This document shows, piece after piece, positions 60,195 through 64,000 of a DNA stretch of 64,000 nt. The notes under the pieces are model-generated. The model was not told the DNA's origin. It saw nothing but the letters and a program-made list of their open reading frames with translations, and made no database searches. Each line of letters starts with the position of its first letter. The stretch's first letter is position 1. The DNA lies in contig NMRA01000481.1 of NCBI GenBank assembly GCA_002633005.1, forward strand, positions 62,001 to 126,000, written 5' to 3'. A program made the translations under genes and the position numbers. Origin of the DNA: Phoronis australis (Eukaryota; Animalia; Phoronida).

Positions 60195-63139
60195 CTCTTT
60201 GGAATAATTAGCAGAATTTATACTGTAATACTGCACAGATGGCGCTACCAGAGATAACCATACAAGAATAATAAACAGGTGAAGCTGGAGTGGACATATC
60301 GTAATTCGCAACAAAAATAATCGTGGCAATTGCCATCTTCCAGTTTTTCAAAGGTGACAGTACCTCGCTGCAAGTGTTTTCTGACATCTACTCACTTCAA
60401 ACCATAAGTTACAGACTGGAATGTTCTTAATCTTGATTTTCTGAAGAAATTTGACAAAATAAAATTTCACTCGTCTGCCACACTGTGTGCTAAACATGTG
60501 AAGAAATATCGTACTGATGAATTGTACTGGACAGCAGCGATCATTTACAATAACTACCGATAATTCAAACAGACCTTATGCCACACCAGCTTAACTCCAG
60601 TAACTTGAGAAGTATCAATCTAAACTGCAAAAGTTGGTTGCATCTTCCACACCGGCTTTGATAAACGGACACCAAACTTATCGCACTTGAAGTTATTGCA
60701 AGATGGTGCTCTGAAAACATTGCGGAGGCATAACATTTTTATTCTGAACATATGGCCAGATAAAAAGTGGAATGCAGTGTCTAGAGTGGTAGAATGGTGA
60801 TTAATTAAAATAAAAAATACTATCACATGATACCATCACATTTGCCATTACTGACAGCGACACTTGCCGAAAATTGCACTAACATCAAAATTAACCAATC
60901 ATGTCACATCCCCAAGTTTCAACCTCCGCTGTTAAACCCACCAATTTATTGCTAAGTTATCATTGGGTGAAGTTAATCATACATAGAGAGAGACAATCTT
61001 CAAAACATTCATGCATTCATGTTGGTATGAAGGCCCTTTAAGGGGATCTAGAATATCATGAGGGGGTCTTACTTTCAACCCAGATGTAGGGAACCTTATT
61101 GCGTAGCGTTGAATTTTACACGCCATCGCAATCAAAAACAAAAAAGGCAAACTTAAAATGTTCAACTTTATTGGCTGTGATTTTAATTTCTATTGTCTCG
61201 GGGGGTTTTGTAAAGAATCGCTGATCAACTTTGATACTCAGAGAGGAATTTTTATCTTTACCCAAAATCGAAGAAATTGGAATACGATGATCAACAGAAA
61301 AAACTTAGAATGCCGGTTTTTGCCACCGAAAGACGCAGTTTTTACCACAAAAAAGTGGACCTAATAAATACCAACAATTGTTAACATCATGACTAAAGCG
61401 ATTCACTGCTCTGTAATACATAATTCAAATATAAAACCTGTTAGAATTACCAAGACAAGAAGCTTGTGCAAACATAAAATGTAGACTTTCAACTTAGTAC
61501 TGCAACATGTTAAAAGCCCTAGGTTAGAGCTGGATACTATTACATGACCTCTGAACTCTTGCACATGAGAATAGTTAAAGACGTGAAGGAATTTTCAAAA
61601 AACCAAGCACATCACAAAAACACACCGGAAAAAACACACCGCATCAGAAAAAATAGTGCTTCCCATTTCCAAACAGTCGCATGAAAAAAGTATCCGTAAA
61701 CACGATCTTATACTTGAGGTTATTTTTACGTACTGAATGTATCAAGTGACAGTAAATTAAGTGGTAAAGGTCTGATCTACCGTATTCATTTCCACCTCTC
61801 AGCGAAATTAAAACATCAGTCCCGAACTGAACAAGTTCAGGGGCAAAGGAGCTTGAATTACTTCACCAGGAAGAGAATCTCCATGGAAATGATAATTGCT
61901 GTTGTTCAGATTCGTTTTACAAAAATCTCTTTTTCGTCACAATACTGGATTTCATTAAGAAAAATATAATGTTCAAGGTACTGAGCTTATAGGTACCACT
62001 TAAGTCCACAGAGCGGGCCCACATTTGTTCAGTCAGGTGAGAAACCATGTGATGTGGTCGACTGCTGACTTTGAGAAGGGAAATTTCCAACCAACCAGAA
62101 TTTATGCAAAAAAGAAAGTCAAAACTGGGACTGGCTAAATGGCTGAATGTTTGAAAAACAAGTTTTGTTTGTTTTCTGTCTAGACTGTCTGGTTAACAAA
62201 TAACTTGGTTGTTCCTGCGATACAGCAGACCCAACTGATGGTGACCAATACACCAAATACCTCCAGGTGTTTGCATCGAGGAAAATATTATGGTTTAGAA
62301 TTGGTTTGTGATTCAAACTGACTTAGCAAGCATGTGTAAAACCAAGCCGCTAAGCTTCAATAGATTCAAGTTGAACCCAGGTGGTTTCAAATCGATTTAA
62401 ATTAAGCCAATTCGCAACTTCTAAAGTGTGAATGTATACTTGAATAGAGTCCACTCCATGGCTAATGAGGATGTGCAGAAACAGGTTCCTGTCGGTTCGT
62501 TTATCCAAAATTCACAAACATGATTTAATTTTATTACAGGCTATTGTTTGCTCTTTCGTCATAATCATCGGGTTGCCAAAAGAGCAAACCTCAGACAAAC
62601 GGCACAAAAATTTCAGATTGCCCGCCATTTTTATAGGAAGTTTGTGAGATGCAGATCAGGAGTGGACATAGCAGAATTTTCAGCTGAAAGCACAGCATCT
62701 AAACCGGTTTATAACGAAAACAGGGTGACATAACGACTTAACCTGATAAGAGCAAATTGTTCCAGAGTAAATCGATCCCCAACGTCCATGTACACAGGAG
62801 TATTAGACAATAATCTGGCTTACAATAGGAAATTCTTGTAGCTAAGCAATTCTTGCAATATCTCCACCCAGATGAGACAGCCTAGGCACAAGTAGGTGAA
62901 ACCCACCCATTTTCACCATCTCAGGTTTCCATCGAGCTGTCATACATGACTTCGAATGGCCCCCTTCTATAACAAGCAATGCAGAGTGTGGATAGGCGCC
63001 CATAGTTTGCATTGCATACAGTGCAGATACACAGTATGATCACTAACTCTCCCACCAGAGGGAGAAATGGGAGTAAATTTAATGTGTTTCTGGCACTTTG
63101 GTGAATAGAGAGGTGGATGCTAAAAATACACTTAAAATT

Positions 63140-63400
63140 AGGTACAAATGGCCACCACGTAGTGCAGGATACATCAAACCTGTCACAAAATGGAAGGGCT
63201 TCATCTTCTTAATATGCATTTTCCAAATTTCATGGAAATCCTTAACGAATGTTCTAGAAAAAACTGGCAAATGTAAAAAATAAAAATGCCACTAGAAGGC
63301 ACAGCAAACGTCAGATCCACCACAAAGTCATCCGATCGTCATCACGTTCATAGTAATAATAATAATACATTTGCCAATTTTCACAGCAGTTTTGAAATGG
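63140..63400 (+). repeat. Third cluster of the ~135-bp repeat family (about 2 units)
   Basis: AAATGGCCACCA.., CACAAAATGGAAGG, CCAAATTTCATGGAAATCC, AAAATGCCACTAGAAGGCAC. Confidence 0.6.
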
Positions 63401-64000
63401 GTTAAAAAAAGGAGATACAGTCGCACACACAAGGCAGAAGAATGACAGGCAAAGATGACAGCCTTAAAGCAACTAAGGAAACCTGGGACCACCTATAAAT
63501 TCTTGTTGATAATTTCCCTCAATAATCGCTTATACTTCAAAGGAAAAAGAACCCGAAAATCATGGGCTCTGACACACTGGAGGTACACATAAGTATTCAG
63601 ACAAAACTGACCCAGAATTCCCTGTCATGATGGCTGCTCAGAAGCCGAATTCATCGCCACAGTAGTCTTCCCTTATAGAAATAATGAAATTAAATCAAAA
63701 CTTCAAACCAGAATAAACAAGTTTCCGATAGCTTGTATACACCAGGGAAGCAATTAATGAAAAAATTGTTCCGGAACTGTGCCCGTGAGAAATTAAAGAC
63801 AGTTTTTAACAGCCTGATTAGGGTTAAGGGTGTCATCCTAATTTGCAAAACTGCAAAGTTTTTGAGCATTTTTATTAAAGTTTCAATACAGAAAGTTTGA
63901 TGAATGATGGTGAAAGGACTTTTTCCCTATCAATATACCTTTCAAAAGCAACATTCTTTGCCAAAGACACAAGGTCATGTGACCACAAGAATGACACAGT

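Noticed and set aside
56889-64000. Upstream PLCL exon with the PP1-binding KTVSF motif, including donor-like sites near 59117 and 59240
   Set aside because: Translations next to these sites show no similarity to the PLCL N-terminus; the exon is probably beyond the window or in the gap.

Overview
Intron-rich, AT-rich animal genomic DNA (invertebrate-like; a deuterostome such as a hemichordate or echinoderm is my guess, not something the sequence proves). It holds two convergent spliced genes that I reconstructed by hand from GT-AG junctions and reading-frame continuity. (1) The last 6 coding exons of DNA polymerase epsilon catalytic subunit (POLE, + strand, 344-4856, CysA/CysB motifs). (2) 24 coding exons of a phospholipase C-like gene (PLCL1/PLCL2 = PRIP family, - strand, 56888-8970, about 996 codons; PH, EF, X, Y, C2 and PRIP C-terminal domains; N-terminal exon not found in the window). 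Vertebrate PRIP is a pseudoenzyme, but this copy keeps both catalytic histidines and the Ca2+/substrate ligands, so it may be an active PLC. The introns contain many non-autonomous DNA transposons (Kolobok-, Harbinger-, Tc1/mariner- and hAT-like), tandem repeats and tRNA-derived elements. Most unusual non-genic items: a tRNA-like core enclosed by 73-bp inverted arms carrying CTCF-like motifs; a perfect 125-bp-arm palindrome containing minimal hammerhead-like motifs; a second hammerhead-like motif (G3-C8 variant) after a Penelope-like GIY-YIG remnant; three unrelated CA...TG elements with exact 5-bp target duplications; and a ~140-bp repeat family with a CTCF-like motif in each unit. Most ORFs in the supplied track are spurious or partial exon read-throughs. 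Family assignments come from remembered motifs, not database searches.
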